Assembly (NCBI GenBank): GCA_016188005.1
Contig: JACPIQ010000025.1
Location: 1-64,000 of the forward strand
DNA from: Candidatus Rokuibacteriota bacterium
GTDB taxonomy: Bacteria > Methylomirabilota > Methylomirabilia > Rokubacteriales > CSP1-6
Direction of reading: 5' to 3'
DNA length: 64,000 nucleotides
Both the position numbers and the translations under genes were made by a program. This document shows positions 24,405 through 33,889 of this stretch, in pieces. Under the pieces are notes generated by a model. That model was not told the origin of the DNA, ran no database searches, and worked only from the letters and a program-made list of their open reading frames with translations. The first letter of the stretch is position 1; every line of letters starts with the position of its first letter.

Positions 24405-25211
24405 TCACGTCAGCCGCCTCCGGACGGCGGCGGAGCCCACCTCCGACAGCGCCACCACGCCGAGGATCACGAGCAGGATGAGCCCCACGCGCGCCCACTC
24501 GAGCCCGAGGATCGCGGTGTTCAGCACGAAGCCGATGCCGCCCGCGCCCACGATGCCGAGCACCGTGGACTCCCTGATGTTGATGTCCCAGCGGAAGACG
24601 CAGACCCCGGCGAACACGGGGCGGATCTGCGGCACGATCCCGAAGAAGAGCACGTGCAGGCGGCCCGCGCCGGTGGCGGTCACCGCCTCCACCTGCCCGC
24701 GGTCGATCTCCTCGATCCCCTCGGCGAAGAGCTTGGAGACGAAGCCGAGGGATCGGACCGCCACCGCCAGCGCTCCCGCCAGCGAGCCGGGCCCGACGAT
24801 GATGATGAAGATGAGGGCCCAGACCAGCGAGTCCACGGAGCGGCTCACCACGATCAGCAGCCGGGCGGCGAGATAGACGGGACGGTTGAGCGTGGTGTTG
24901 CGCGCCGCCAGGAAGGCGACGGGGCAGGCCAGGAGCACCGCCAGCGCCGTGCCCAGGGTGGCGATGTTCACGGTCTGCAACAACGGCTCCAGGAGCGCCC
25001 CCGCGAAGGCCCAGTCGGGCGGCAGCATGCGCCCGAAGAGGTCGGCCAGCTGGGTGGGTGAGTCCGCCACCCACTCCCAGCGGACGCCCATGCCCCGCGC
25101 CGCCCACACGATGGCCGCCACGATGGACACCCGCAGCAGGAGCCGGCCGGCCGCCTGGGCGGGCGTGTACCGCACCCAGACCTGCGGTCCCGCCTCCGGC
25201 CCGGCGATCAC
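24405..25211 (-). CDS. phnE: Phosphonate ABC transporter permease PhnE (copy 1).
   Basis: ...[50 protein letters not shown]... is the PhnE signature region. The GTG start overlaps the stop of the upstream phnE copy (GTGA). Confidence 0.75.
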   Translation of the reverse strand: MIAGPEAGPQVWVRYTPAQAAGRLLLRVSIVAAIVWAARGMGVRWEWVADSPTQLADLFGRMLPPDWAFAGALLEPLLQTVNIATLGTALAVLLACPVAFLAARNTTLNRPVYLAARLLIVVSRSVDSLVWALIFIIIVGPGSLAGALAVAVRSLGFVSKLFAEGIEEIDRGQVEAVTATGAGRLHVLFFGIVPQIRPVFAGVCVFRWDINIRESTVLGIVGAGGIGFVLNTAILGLEWARVGLILLVILGVVALSEVGSAAVRRRLT

Positions 25212-25999
25212 TGGATGCGCCGGCGCGCCCACGCGCTCAGCCACTCGCCGAGGCTCACGATGGCCACGATGACGAGCAGGATGGCCAGCGTGAAGTCGTA
25301 GTCGTAGCGGGAGAAGGAGTTGTACAGCGTGGTCCCGATGCCACCCGCCCCCACGATGCCGATGATGGTCGACTGGCGCAGGTGGATGTCCCACTGGTAC
25401 ACCGTGAGCCCCACGATGCGCGGCAGCACCTGGGGGAGCACCCCGTAGAGGAGCACCGCGCCGCGCCCGGCCCCGGTGGCGCGCACCGCCTCCACCTGGC
25501 CGCGGTCGATCTGCTCGATCTGCTCCGCCAGCAGCTTGCTGAAGAACCCCAGCGAGTTCACCGTCAGCGTGAGCATCCCCGCCAGTGGGCCGAAGCCCAC
25601 CGCCTTGACCAGGATGATGGCGACGATGATCTCGTGGAAGGTTCGCCCCACCGTGACGATGCCGCGCCCCGCGGCGTACACGGGCAGCGGCCCCACGTTG
25701 CGGGCGGCCATCACGGCCACGGGGATGCCGAGCACAGTGCCGAGGGCGGTGGAGAGCGTGGCCATCTGCAGGCTCTCCACGATCCCCTCCCGCAGGAGCT
25801 CCCACCGCTGGAAGTCCGGCGGGAAGGCCCGGCCGAAGACGGTGCCGGCCCGCGCGAGGCCGCGCGCGAGACGGGCCGCGTCCACCTCGAGGTTCCACAC
25901 GTTCCAGGCGAGGAAGGCTGCCAGGCCGAGCCAGGCGGCCGGGCCCATCCAGCGCGCGGGCCATGCGGAGGGCGGGCGCCAGACGGCGGCGTGGCTCAT
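25208..25999 (-). CDS. phnE: Phosphonate ABC transporter permease PhnE (copy 2).
   Basis: [10 protein letters not shown]...[50 protein letters not shown]; it is a paralogue of the downstream copy. Its ATG overlaps the phnC stop (ATGA). Confidence 0.75.
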   Translation of the reverse strand: MSHAAVWRPPSAWPARWMGPAAWLGLAAFLAWNVWNLEVDAARLARGLARAGTVFGRAFPPDFQRWELLREGIVESLQMATLSTALGTVLGIPVAVMAARNVGPLPVYAAGRGIVTVGRTFHEIIVAIILVKAVGFGPLAGMLTLTVNSLGFFSKLLAEQIEQIDRGQVEAVRATGAGRGAVLLYGVLPQVLPRIVGLTVYQWDIHLRQSTIIGIVGAGGIGTTLYNSFSRYDYDFTLAILLVIVAIVSLGEWLSAWARRRIQ

Positions 26000-26718
26000 G
26001 CCAGGGCCGCCTCCAGCTCCTCGCCGGCGCCGCCGTAGATCAGGCCGAGGGCGGCGCGGTCCAGGGCCGCGGGGGGGCCCTCGAAGACCACGCGGCCCGC
26101 GCTGAGCCCGATGATCCGCTGGGCGAAGCGGCGGGCCAGGCGCACGTCGTGGATGTTGATCAGGGCCGGGATGCGCTCCTCGACGGCGAGCTCGGTGATG
26201 AGCGCCATCACCGCCTCGGAGGTCTTCGGATCGAGGCTCGAGGTGGGTTCGTCCACGAGGAGGATCTTCGGGCGCTGCACCAGGGCGCGCGCGATGCCCA
26301 CCCGCTGGCGCTGCCCCCCGGAGAGCGCATCCGCCCGCTTGTTCTCCATCCCCTCGAGCCCCACGCGCCGGAGCGTGGCAAAGGCCATCGCCACGTCCGC
26401 GGGCGGGAAGCGACGGCGCCACGCCTTCCAGAGCCCCACGTAGCCCAGCCGGCCCGACAGCACGTTCTCCATCACGGTGAGGCGCTCCACGAGATTGAAC
26501 TCCTGGAAGATCATCCCCATCTGGCGGCGGGCGCGGCGCAGCTCGGCAGGGGGGAGCGTCCTCAGCTCGAGCCCGTCCAGCCGGACGGAGCCCGCGTCGG
26601 GCTCGACGAGCCGATTGATGCAGCGGATCACCTCGTCGTCGGCCACGGTGAGGGAGACCCCCCGCAGGGCGAGGTCACCCGTGGGGTAGCGCTTCGCGAG
26701 CGCCGAGACCTCGAGCAC
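25996..26718 (-). CDS. phnC: Phosphonate ABC transporter ATP-binding protein PhnC homologue lacking the Walker-A/P-loop segment (probably non-functional).
   Basis: [31 protein letters not shown]|[18 protein letters not shown]...[20 protein letters not shown]...[15 protein letters not shown]...[12 protein letters not shown]. The sequence is contiguous in the DNA, with about 14 aa missing at the '|' (near 26625) where GEfVAlIGPSGAGKSTLL is expected. All other ABC motifs are present. Confidence 0.6.
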   Translation of the reverse strand: MLEVSALAKRYPTGDLALRGVSLTVADDEVIRCINRLVEPDAGSVRLDGLELRTLPPAELRRARRQMGMIFQEFNLVERLTVMENVLSGRLGYVGLWKAWRRRFPPADVAMAFATLRRVGLEGMENKRADALSGGQRQRVGIARALVQRPKILLVDEPTSSLDPKTSEAVMALITELAVEERIPALINIHDVRLARRFAQRIIGLSAGRVVFEGPPAALDRAALGLIYGGAGEELEAALA

Positions 26719-26734
26719 CGCCGGGCTTTCGCGC

Positions 26735-27760
26735 CTACTCGCCGCCCTTGCGGGCCGGCCTGGAGAACTTCTGGTACTCGGGGGAGTCGCGGGTGAACCG
26801 GGCGCCGTTGGCCTCGAGGATGCCCACGACGGCCCCCCAGTCCTTCCGGTAGTCGATGGGCACGAAGCCCACCGAGTCCCTGAACTCCTTGCCCAGGCTC
26901 GACCCCTGGATCTTGAAGGTGTAGAAGGCCTCCTTGATCTTCTCCGCGAGCCGGGGCTCGAGCGCGTGGTAGTAGGCGAAACCCGCCGTGGGGAACACGG
27001 GCGAGGTGTAGACGACCTTGTAGTCGGTGGCCTTGACCACACCGCGGTTGACCATGCGCTCGAGCACGGAGTCGGCCACCGCCGCGGCGTCGTAGTCGCC
27101 ATTGACCACGCCGAGCACGGAGTTGTCGTGCTTGCCCGAGAACGCGATCTGGTAGTCCTTGCCCGGCACCACGCCGAGCTTCGAGAAGAAATACACCGGC
27201 GCCTGATGCCCCGAGTTGGAGGTCTGCGAGACGTGGGCCACGCGCTTCCCCTTGAGGTCGGCCACCGAGTTGATCCGGGCGTTCGCGGCCTGGACGATGA
27301 CGATCAGGTGATAGCCGCGCGCCCCCTTCGGCGTGGCCATCTGGGCGAAGGGCACGGCCCCCGAGAGGTTCACGCCGTAGGGCAGGCTCCCCGTGGAGTA
27401 CCCGGTGATGTGCAGCCGCCCCGAGCGCATGGCCTCCAGCTGGGCAGCGTAGTTCTGCGGTCCGAAGAACTGCGTCTTCTTCCCCGTCACCTTCTCGACG
27501 TGGCGGAGCAGGTCGGCGAACACCGAGCCGTACACGGCCGGGTCCTCCACCGGCACGTAGGCGAAGACCAGCGTGTCGGGGTTGAGGATCCTGGCGGGGT
27601 CCTTCGGGACATCGGGGATGCCGTCACCGTTCTCGTCGCAGTAGAGGACGTCGAGCGTGCCGCGCGCCTTGCAGGCCTCGGCGGCCCCGGCCGTCCCCGC
27701 GAGCACGAGGCCGGCGGCCACGAGGATGAGCAGCGGGGTCAGGACCCTGGGCGTTCGCAT
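26735..27760 (-). CDS. phnD: Phosphonate/phosphite ABC transporter substrate-binding protein (PhnD/PtxB family).
   Basis: A signal peptide ([26 protein letters not shown]) and the PhnD family block [17 protein letters not shown]. It is 341 aa. Confidence 0.75.
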   Translation of the reverse strand: MRTPRVLTPLLILVAAGLVLAGTAGAAEACKARGTLDVLYCDENGDGIPDVPKDPARILNPDTLVFAYVPVEDPAVYGSVFADLLRHVEKVTGKKTQFFGPQNYAAQLEAMRSGRLHITGYSTGSLPYGVNLSGAVPFAQMATPKGARGYHLIVIVQAANARINSVADLKGKRVAHVSQTSNSGHQAPVYFFSKLGVVPGKDYQIAFSGKHDNSVLGVVNGDYDAAAVADSVLERMVNRGVVKATDYKVVYTSPVFPTAGFAYYHALEPRLAEKIKEAFYTFKIQGSSLGKEFRDSVGFVPIDYRKDWGAVVGILEANGARFTRDSPEYQKFSRPARKGGE

Positions 27761-27880
27761 GGTCTCCTCCCGGCCCGCTCAGTCCGCGAGCCGCTGACGG
27801 ATACTAACACGGGGCGCGCGGGGCCGAGGCGGCGGGGGAAAAGCCTGCCGGGGGCGGGCCATTCGCGCTAGAGTCCTCGT

Positions 27881-28477
27881 ATGGACCCGGCCCAGCCCAA
27901 GCCGCGGACCTACACTCTCCAGCGGGCCGGAGCGATCGTCTTCGCGCTCGCCGCCATCCTCCCGCTGCTCCTCCTCTCCTACACGCTCTACGACCTGGGC
28001 GTCCTCGGCAAGCCCCGGGCGCAGGTGGGCCTCGCTCTGGCGCTGGGTGGCGTGCTCATCGGCGCCTACATCTTCTGGGGCATGATGGCCCGCCTGGCGG
28101 AGGTTCTCCGCGCCTCGGTCAAGCTCCCGGAGGCCTCCCCGGGCCCGGAAGCTCCCGCAGCGCCGCCGGCCGAGTTCGACCTGCCCGGACTGGGGACGAT
28201 CCGGGAGGCCGAGCCCATCCGCGAGAGCGACATGCTTCCGGGCACCATCGACGAGCTCCGCGCCATGTGGCAGGCCGAGGCCGAGCCGCTGGTCGGCCGG
28301 CGGGTCTCCGTCTCCGTGCGCAATGCGCCCGAGCCCCTCATGGGCGCGCTCAGCCAGATCACCGGCGACGGCCTGCTCCTGCTGGACGACGACGGCAAGA
28401 AGCTGGGGGTCAGCTACCGCCGCATCTCGGCCATCGAGGCCCAGCGCGCCTCCTCCCCCCGCGCCGCCCCGCACTGA
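27881..28477 (+). CDS. Hypothetical membrane protein (two predicted TM helices, Pro/Ala-rich linker, conserved-looking C-terminal domain).
   Basis: Track ORF, 198 aa. It has the hydrophobic segments AIVFALAAILPLLLLSYTLY and GLALALGGVLIGAYIFWGMM. I recognise no family. Confidence 0.45.
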   Translation: MDPAQPKPRTYTLQRAGAIVFALAAILPLLLLSYTLYDLGVLGKPRAQVGLALALGGVLIGAYIFWGMMARLAEVLRASVKLPEASPGPEAPAAPPAEFDLPGLGTIREAEPIRESDMLPGTIDELRAMWQAEAEPLVGRRVSVSVRNAPEPLMGALSQITGDGLLLLDDDGKKLGVSYRRISAIEAQRASSPRAAPH

Positions 28478-28483
28478 CGCCGG

Positions 28484-29412
28484 CTACTTGCCGAGCCGGC
28501 GGCGCAGTCCCTCGCAGGGATCCGGCCGCACGGCCGGAGGCGTGAGCCAGACGATGTCGCCCGTTGCCTCCCGCACCACCTCGCCCGGATCGTCCCCCGG
28601 ACGCGCCTCGAGCAGCTCGACCACGAGCTGACGCGTCCCGGGCCGCAGCGCCTCGAGCTGGGCAGGCAGGCCGCCGGGCGCCTGATGGCCGCGCCCGGCG
28701 ATCACCACCACCTGCGGCGCCTGCCCGAGCGCCTCGGCGAGCCGCCGGGCCCCTCGGCGAGCCGCCGGGCCATGGCCACGTTGCGCGCATGCCAGCTCTC
28801 CACCATGGTGGGGATCGCCCGCTCGGGCAGCAGATCGCAGTGCCCCTCCTGGATGCTCCGGGCGATGGCCGCCTCCCGCCTGGGATCGGGAGGGAGCAGG
28901 GAGGCGAGACGCGCCCCGTCCGCCGACACCGCCAGCCCCTCCCGCGCGATCCGCCGCACGAGGGCGGGCTCCAGATCCGTCGCGAGGACGCGCAGCCTGT
29001 GCTGCCGCGCCACCTCGAAGAGCGGCCAGTACATGGCGAAGTCCGGCCAGCCCGCCCGGCTCCAGCCGAGCGCGGCATCGAGCTCGGCCGGCCCGCCGGA
29101 GGCGCCGAGCGCCTGATCCACGGTGCTCTGCCGCTCCGCGGGCAGCATCTCGAAGGCCACGACCGGGCGGGCGCCCTCTGCCAGCAGGGCCTCGAGCACC
29201 CGGCGCTGCTGGGCGTGATGGTGGGGGTTGTCGTGCACCTCGCCGAGGTAGAGCACCTCGACGCCGCGGGCGCTCTGCGCGACCAGGCCCGCCTGGCGCC
29301 CGGAGTCGCCAGACAGGGCGAGCACGAGGGAGGCCGGGCCGATGCCGGCGGGGGCGGCGCAGGCGGAGAGCAACAGGGCCGTCGCGGCCAGGAGTCGTAT
29401 TTCGATTATCAT
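28484..29412 (-). pseudogene. ChaN-like (Tiki/TraB/GumN superfamily, PF04187-like) lipoprotein gene disrupted by a ~20-bp tandem duplication.
   Basis: The N-terminal frame reads MIIEIRLLAATALLLSAC (lipobox)...VLYLGEVHDNPHHHAQQRR...ARNVAMARRLAE and then frameshifts. The duplicated CCTCGGCGAGCCGCCGGGC sits at 28731..28770. Removing one copy restores the frame into ...ALGQAPQVVVIAGRGHQAPGGLPAQLEAL...CEGLRRRLGK, which is track ORF 28484..28711 -. Confidence 0.65.
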
Positions 29413-29421
29413 GGCCCCATT

Positions 29422-31302
29422 ATGAGCCTTCCCGGGTGGTGGCGGGAACGCCGGGCGCGTGTCCTGCAGCTCTGGGGGGTGGGCATGGCCGCCAGCTTGC
29501 TCGTCACCGCGGCCTCCTCCCTGGGCTATCTCGAAGCCCTCCAGGCCCGGAGCGCCGACATCCTGATACACCTCCAGGGGCAGCGATTCGCCCCCGAGGT
29601 GGTGGTGGTCGCCATCGACGAGGAGGCCTTCGAGTCGCTCGGCCGACGCCAGCCCCTGCCCCGTGACTACCTCGCCAGGCTGCTGCGCGGGCTCCAGCGC
29701 GCCGGCGCCGCGGTGGTGGGAGTCGATATGGCGTTCAGCACCCCCACCACCGAGGCCGACGACGGGGCGCTGGCCCGGGCGATCACGGACTTCTCCGATG
29801 GGGGCGTGAGCCGCGTGGTCCTGGTGGAGGCGCCGCCTCCCAGGACCGGGCCCCTGGCCGACCCCGCCTTTCTGGGCTCGGTGCTCCGCGGAGCGGCCGA
29901 CGTCCCCCTGGACCGGGACGGGGTGATCCGTCGCGTCGCTCTCCTCTTGCCGCGGGGCTCGGAGCCGCCGCTGCCCGCCCTCTCGCTGGCCGTCGTGGCG
30001 CGCCTGGCGGGGCTGACCCGGGGCATGCTCGAGATCTCCCTCCGGGAGCGCGGCGGCATCTCGCCGCCCGCCTGGCGCGTCGGCGGAGGCTGGAGCCTCG
30101 TCGGGACGCCAGCGCTGGCGCTCCGGTCCAACGAGCTGTGGCGCATCAATTACGTGGGGCCCGCGGGCTCCTTCCTCGCGATCCCGAGCGGCGCCGTGGT
30201 GGCGCTGGCGGAGGACACGGCCGAGCTGGCCGCCGACAACCCGCTGCGCGGGCGGATCGTGCTGGTCGGGGGCACCTACGGCGAGAGCCGGGACTTCTAC
30301 CCGACGCCCCACGGCAGCATCGCCGGCGTCGAGGTGCACGCCAACGTGATCCACATGCTCGTGACCGGCTCCCACATCCGGCCCTCCGGCTGGGTCAGGA
30401 GCCTCGCCTTCCAGATCGCCATCGTCATGCTGGCCGGCGTCGTGATGGCCATCCTCCGTCCGCTGGCTGGCACCCTCGTCTGCCTCACGGCGGCCGTGCT
30501 GCTGGGGGTGCCCGCCTCGTACCTCGCCTTCCAGCGCAGCGGCTACTGGGTGGACTTCCTCCTGCCCGTCATCGTCACCTCGCTCCTCGGCCTCGTGGCG
30601 GAGGGGTTGGCCCGCCGGCGCTTCCGCGACTCCTTCGGTCGCTACGTGAGCCGGGAGATCGCCGCACAGGTGCTGGCCGAGGCCCCGAGCCTCCGCGGCG
30701 AGCGCCGCGCGGTTTCCATCCTCTTCTCCGACCTGCGCGGCTTCACCACGCTGTCCGAGACCATGCCCGCCGAGCAGGTGGCCGCGCGCCTCACCGAGTA
30801 CTTCGAGGCGATGACCGCCGCGATCTTCGCCCACCGCGGCATGATCAACGACTTCGTGGGCGACGGGATCGTCGCCATCTTCGGGGCGCCGCTGGCAGAC
30901 GCCGAGCACGCCTGGCACGCCGTGCTGAGCGCGGAGGCCATGCAGCGGGCACTGGACGGGCTCAACCGGCGCTGGAGCGCCGCGGGGCTCCCGACGCTCC
31001 GCATGGGCATCGGCGTCCACACCGGGCAGGTCTTCGTCGGCAACGTCGGGGGCGCCGCGCGGGTCAAGTACACGGTGGTCGGCGATCCCGTGAACCTGGC
31101 CTCCCGCGTGGAGGGCTTGAACAAGGAGCTCGGAACGACGATCCTGATCACCGAGGAGACGCGAGCGCTGGCCGGGGAGCGGGTGGAGGCCAAGGACCGG
31201 GGCCTCATGGCCGTCAAGGGCCGGAGCCAGCCGGTGCATGTCCACGAGCTGTTGGCGGTGCATGCCGAGCGCTGCCCGCCGCCGGGGGGAGGCGCGACAT
31301 GA
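29422..31302 (+). CDS. CHASE2 extracytoplasmic sensor domain fused to a class III adenylate/guanylate cyclase.
   Basis: From the ATG at 29422: MSLPGWWRERRARVLQLWGVGMAASLLVTAASSLGYLEALQARSADILIHL... It has a CHASE2-type periplasmic region, then TM helices, then CHD blocks (AVSILFSDLRGFTTLSE...FVGDGIVAIFGAP...GIGVHTGQVFVGNVG...YTVVGDPVNLASRVE). Confidence 0.8.
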   Translation: MSLPGWWRERRARVLQLWGVGMAASLLVTAASSLGYLEALQARSADILIHLQGQRFAPEVVVVAIDEEAFESLGRRQPLPRDYLARLLRGLQRAGAAVVGVDMAFSTPTTEADDGALARAITDFSDGGVSRVVLVEAPPPRTGPLADPAFLGSVLRGAADVPLDRDGVIRRVALLLPRGSEPPLPALSLAVVARLAGLTRGMLEISLRERGGISPPAWRVGGGWSLVGTPALALRSNELWRINYVGPAGSFLAIPSGAVVALAEDTAELAADNPLRGRIVLVGGTYGESRDFYPTPHGSIAGVEVHANVIHMLVTGSHIRPSGWVRSLAFQIAIVMLAGVVMAILRPLAGTLVCLTAAVLLGVPASYLAFQRSGYWVDFLLPVIVTSLLGLVAEGLARRRFRDSFGRYVSREIAAQVLAEAPSLRGERRAVSILFSDLRGFTTLSETMPAEQVAARLTEYFEAMTAAIFAHRGMINDFVGDGIVAIFGAPLADAEHAWHAVLSAEAMQRALDGLNRRWSAAGLPTLRMGIGVHTGQVFVGNVGGAARVKYTVVGDPVNLASRVEGLNKELGTTILITEETRALAGERVEAKDRGLMAVKGRSQPVHVHELLAVHAERCPPPGGGAT

Positions 31303-32276
31303 GGATGCGACTCGGGCACCCGACAACACTGGCGATCGGGCTCCTGGTCGGCCTGTCCGTACCCGCCGCCGTCCGGGCGGCGGAGCCCGTGGCGGTCCTC
31401 ACCGAGATCCGGCCGGGCCAGGGCGAGGTGCGGGTCAAGCTCGCCGGAGAGGCGCAGTGGAAGGCTCCCCAACCGCTCCTCTCGCTCCGCCCGGGAGATC
31501 AGGTCCGCGCATCGGCCGACGCCCGCGCGGTCCTCGTGTTCACAGGAGGCCGCGCACCCGAGTCGGTGACCGCCGCCAACTCGCCGTTCGCCGTGGCCGC
31601 TCCCAGCGGAGCGGCGGGCGGCCAGCGGGTCCAGGCCCTCGTCGACAGCGTCACCCAGTTCCTGGTGGGCAAGCAGGACAAGCCGGCCTACGTCTCCCTC
31701 TACGTCCCGCTCTCGACCCGCAGCGTGCGGCTGCCCCCGCCGACCCTCCTCGCCCCACGAGAGACGCGACTGCTGTTCGGCCCCGTCACCTTCGAGTGGT
31801 CCGGCTCGGACCGCCTCCGCTACATGATCCGCCTCTTCGGGCCCGACGGGCTCGTGTGGGAGGAAGGGGGCCTGGTGCGCCAGCCCGTCCTGTACCCGGC
31901 CACAGCCCCCGCGCTGCGCCCCGGCCTGCGCTACGCCTGGGAGCTACACACGGAGCGCCAGCCCGTCCAGCGCGCCGAGTTCGAGATCCTCCCGCCGGCC
32001 GACGCCCGGCGCGTCCAGCAGGCGCTCGCGCTCCTCGTGCCGTCGGCCCTGCCGGGCCAGTCGGGCTCGACCCTCGCGCTCCTCCGCGCGGGCTTCCTCT
32101 CCCAGGAAGGACTCTACCAGGAGGCCCGCAAGGAGCTGCTCGCCGCCATCGCAGCGGACGCCACGGAGCCCTCACTGCATCAGCTGCTCGGCCACGTCTA
32201 CGATCGGATGGGGATGAAGGATCTCGCCACCGATGCCTTCGACGAGGCGCGTTTCCTCGCGACGCCACGGCCCTGA
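31299..32276 (+). CDS. Secreted FecR-domain protein with a C-terminal helical (TPR-like) region.
   Basis: Its ATG overlaps the cyclase stop (ATGA). It has a signal peptide (MRMRLGHPTTLAIGLLVGLSVPAAVRAAEP) and a FecR-like block (LTEIRPGQGEVRVKLAGEAQWKAPQPLLSLRPGDQVRASADARAVLVFTGG). Confidence 0.6.
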   Translation: MRMRLGHPTTLAIGLLVGLSVPAAVRAAEPVAVLTEIRPGQGEVRVKLAGEAQWKAPQPLLSLRPGDQVRASADARAVLVFTGGRAPESVTAANSPFAVAAPSGAAGGQRVQALVDSVTQFLVGKQDKPAYVSLYVPLSTRSVRLPPPTLLAPRETRLLFGPVTFEWSGSDRLRYMIRLFGPDGLVWEEGGLVRQPVLYPATAPALRPGLRYAWELHTERQPVQRAEFEILPPADARRVQQALALLVPSALPGQSGSTLALLRAGFLSQEGLYQEARKELLAAIAADATEPSLHQLLGHVYDRMGMKDLATDAFDEARFLATPRP

Positions 32277-32302
32277 CGGCCGCGCGATCCGGGCAGCCGG
32301 TG

Positions 32303-32749
32303 TCAGCCGGGGCCCCTGCCCCCCCCGGATACCGGGAGGACCAGCGAGATCCGGTTGCGCTCGCCGTCGCGGACATAGCACAGCTCGCTCGCCAGGCTCT
32401 GGACGAGCCGCAGGCCGAGCCCGCCGACCGGCCGCTCCTCCGCCCCGCCCACCGGCTCCGCCGGACATGCCGCCGTGCGGGGGTCGTGGGGCGGGGCCGT
32501 GTCCTCGTAGGTGAGCGCGATCCGCCCCGGGGTGATCGCGAACCCGAGACGCACCGGCGCCTCGCTGTCCCCCCCATGGCCATGCGTCACCGTGTTGGCG
32601 AAGAGCTCCTCCACCAGCAGGGTGAGCCGGAGGGTGTCCTCGCGGCCGAGACCGGCGGCGCCGCAGATCTCGGCGACGAAGGCGACGGCCGCGGGCAGGG
32701 CATCCATGCGGGCGGGGAAGATTCCGGCCTGGTCGGGAGAGGTCGTCAC
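32303..32749 (-). CDS. Anti-sigma regulatory factor / serine protein kinase (RsbW/SpoIIAB-like, HATPase_c_2).
   Basis: 148 aa. It has the blocks LLVEELFANTVTHGHGG and GGLGLRLVQSLASEL, typical of partner-switching kinases. Confidence 0.7.
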   Translation of the reverse strand: MTTSPDQAGIFPARMDALPAAVAFVAEICGAAGLGREDTLRLTLLVEELFANTVTHGHGGDSEAPVRLGFAITPGRIALTYEDTAPPHDPRTAACPAEPVGGAEERPVGGLGLRLVQSLASELCYVRDGERNRISLVLPVSGGGRGPG

Positions 32750-32811
32750 AGGGTTGCTCGCCGGCTTATTATAGAGGCTGCATCCGGTCGCACCGAGGAA
32801 AGGAGTGCCCC

Positions 32812-33258
32812 ATGACGCGCTGGCCGATCCCCTTCGCGCTGCTCCTCCTCCTGGCCGCCACGCCCGCGCGGGCCGCCGACGTCGGACAGATCAAGGTCTC
32901 GCAGGGCGCCGTCCTCATCGAGCGGGCGGGCCAGAGACTGCCGGCCCCGGTCGGCGCGGGGGTCCAGGAGTCCGACGTGGTCGTGACGGGCGCCGACGGC
33001 TCCGTCGGCATCACCTTCGCGGACGCGAGCCTCCTCTCGGCCGGGCCCCACAGCGTGCTGGCCATCCAGCGCTTCGCCTTCGACCCCACCACGCACGACG
33101 GCGTGTTCGAGACACGCCTCCAGAAGGGAACGCTGGCTGCCGTGTCCGGCAAGATCGCGAAACGATCTCCGGACGCGATGCGGGTCAGGACCCCCGCCGC
33201 CCTGCTGGGCGTGCGCGGCACCGAGCTCGTCGTCCGCGTCACCGAGACCGCGCAGTGA
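32812..33258 (+). CDS. Secreted FecR-domain protein.
   Basis: A signal peptide (MTRWPIPFALLLLLAATPARA) and a FecR-like pattern (VKVSQGAVLIERAGQRLPAPVGAGVQESDVVVTGADGSVGITFADASLLSAGPHSVLAI...LGVRGTELVVRV). Confidence 0.65.
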   Translation: MTRWPIPFALLLLLAATPARAADVGQIKVSQGAVLIERAGQRLPAPVGAGVQESDVVVTGADGSVGITFADASLLSAGPHSVLAIQRFAFDPTTHDGVFETRLQKGTLAAVSGKIAKRSPDAMRVRTPAALLGVRGTELVVRVTETAQ

Positions 33259-33274
33259 GTGTGCCGGCGCCGCG

Positions 33275-33889
33275 GTGAGGCGCAAAGCGGGCGAGACGGC
33301 TCTCGGCCTGCTCGTCCTCTCCTTCGCCCTCTGGGCCGGCTGCGCCCGGGCCACCCGCGACGACCTCTACGTCCTGCTCCCCTCGCAGGACGGAACGCAC
33401 GCGGCCGTGGCGGTGACCCATGGCGCCCAGCAGCAGGTGCTCGAGCAGCCGTTTGACGCCGCGCGGATCCGGGTCGAGGGCCAGCTCGAGAAGGGGCGCG
33501 CCACGGAGCAGGAGATCCGCGAGGTCTTCGGAGCCGCCCTCGCCGCCCAGCCCGCCCGCCCGGTCTCGTTCACGCTCTACTTCCTCCACGGCAAGGACGA
33601 CCTCACGCCCGAATCCGAGCAGGTGGTCGGCCAGATCTTCTCCGAGATCGCCCGCCGGCCATCGCCGGAGGTGGTGGTGATCGGCCACGCCGACGCGGTG
33701 GGAAGCCACGAGTACAATGACAGGCTCTCGCTCCAGCGTGCCGGGCGGATGCGCGACGATCTGGTGAAGTGGGGCATCCCGGTCGAGCGCATCCGCGTGG
33801 AGGGGCGCGGCAAGCGCGAGCGGCGTGTGCCCACCGCGGAGGGCGTCCCCGAGCCCCTCAATCGGCGCGTCGAGATCAGCGTCCGCTGA
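33275..33889 (+). CDS. OmpA-family lipoprotein (C-terminal OmpA/MotB peptidoglycan-binding domain).
   Basis: A GTG start 16 nt after the FecR gene stop. It has a lipobox (LWAGCA) and an OmpA C-domain (VVVIGHADAVGSHEYNDRLSLQRAGRMRDDLVKWGIPVERIRVEGRG). Confidence 0.75.
   Translation: MRRKAGETALGLLVLSFALWAGCARATRDDLYVLLPSQDGTHAAVAVTHGAQQQVLEQPFDAARIRVEGQLEKGRATEQEIREVFGAALAAQPARPVSFTLYFLHGKDDLTPESEQVVGQIFSEIARRPSPEVVVIGHADAVGSHEYNDRLSLQRAGRMRDDLVKWGIPVERIRVEGRGKRERRVPTAEGVPEPLNRRVEISVR

Noticed and set aside
28564-29421. The upstream 286 codons of the 912-aa plus-strand ORF preceding the CHASE2-cyclase.
   Set aside because: It overlaps the ChaN-like gene on the other strand and is low-complexity. 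The cyclase's own N-terminus (MSLPGWW...) begins at 29422.
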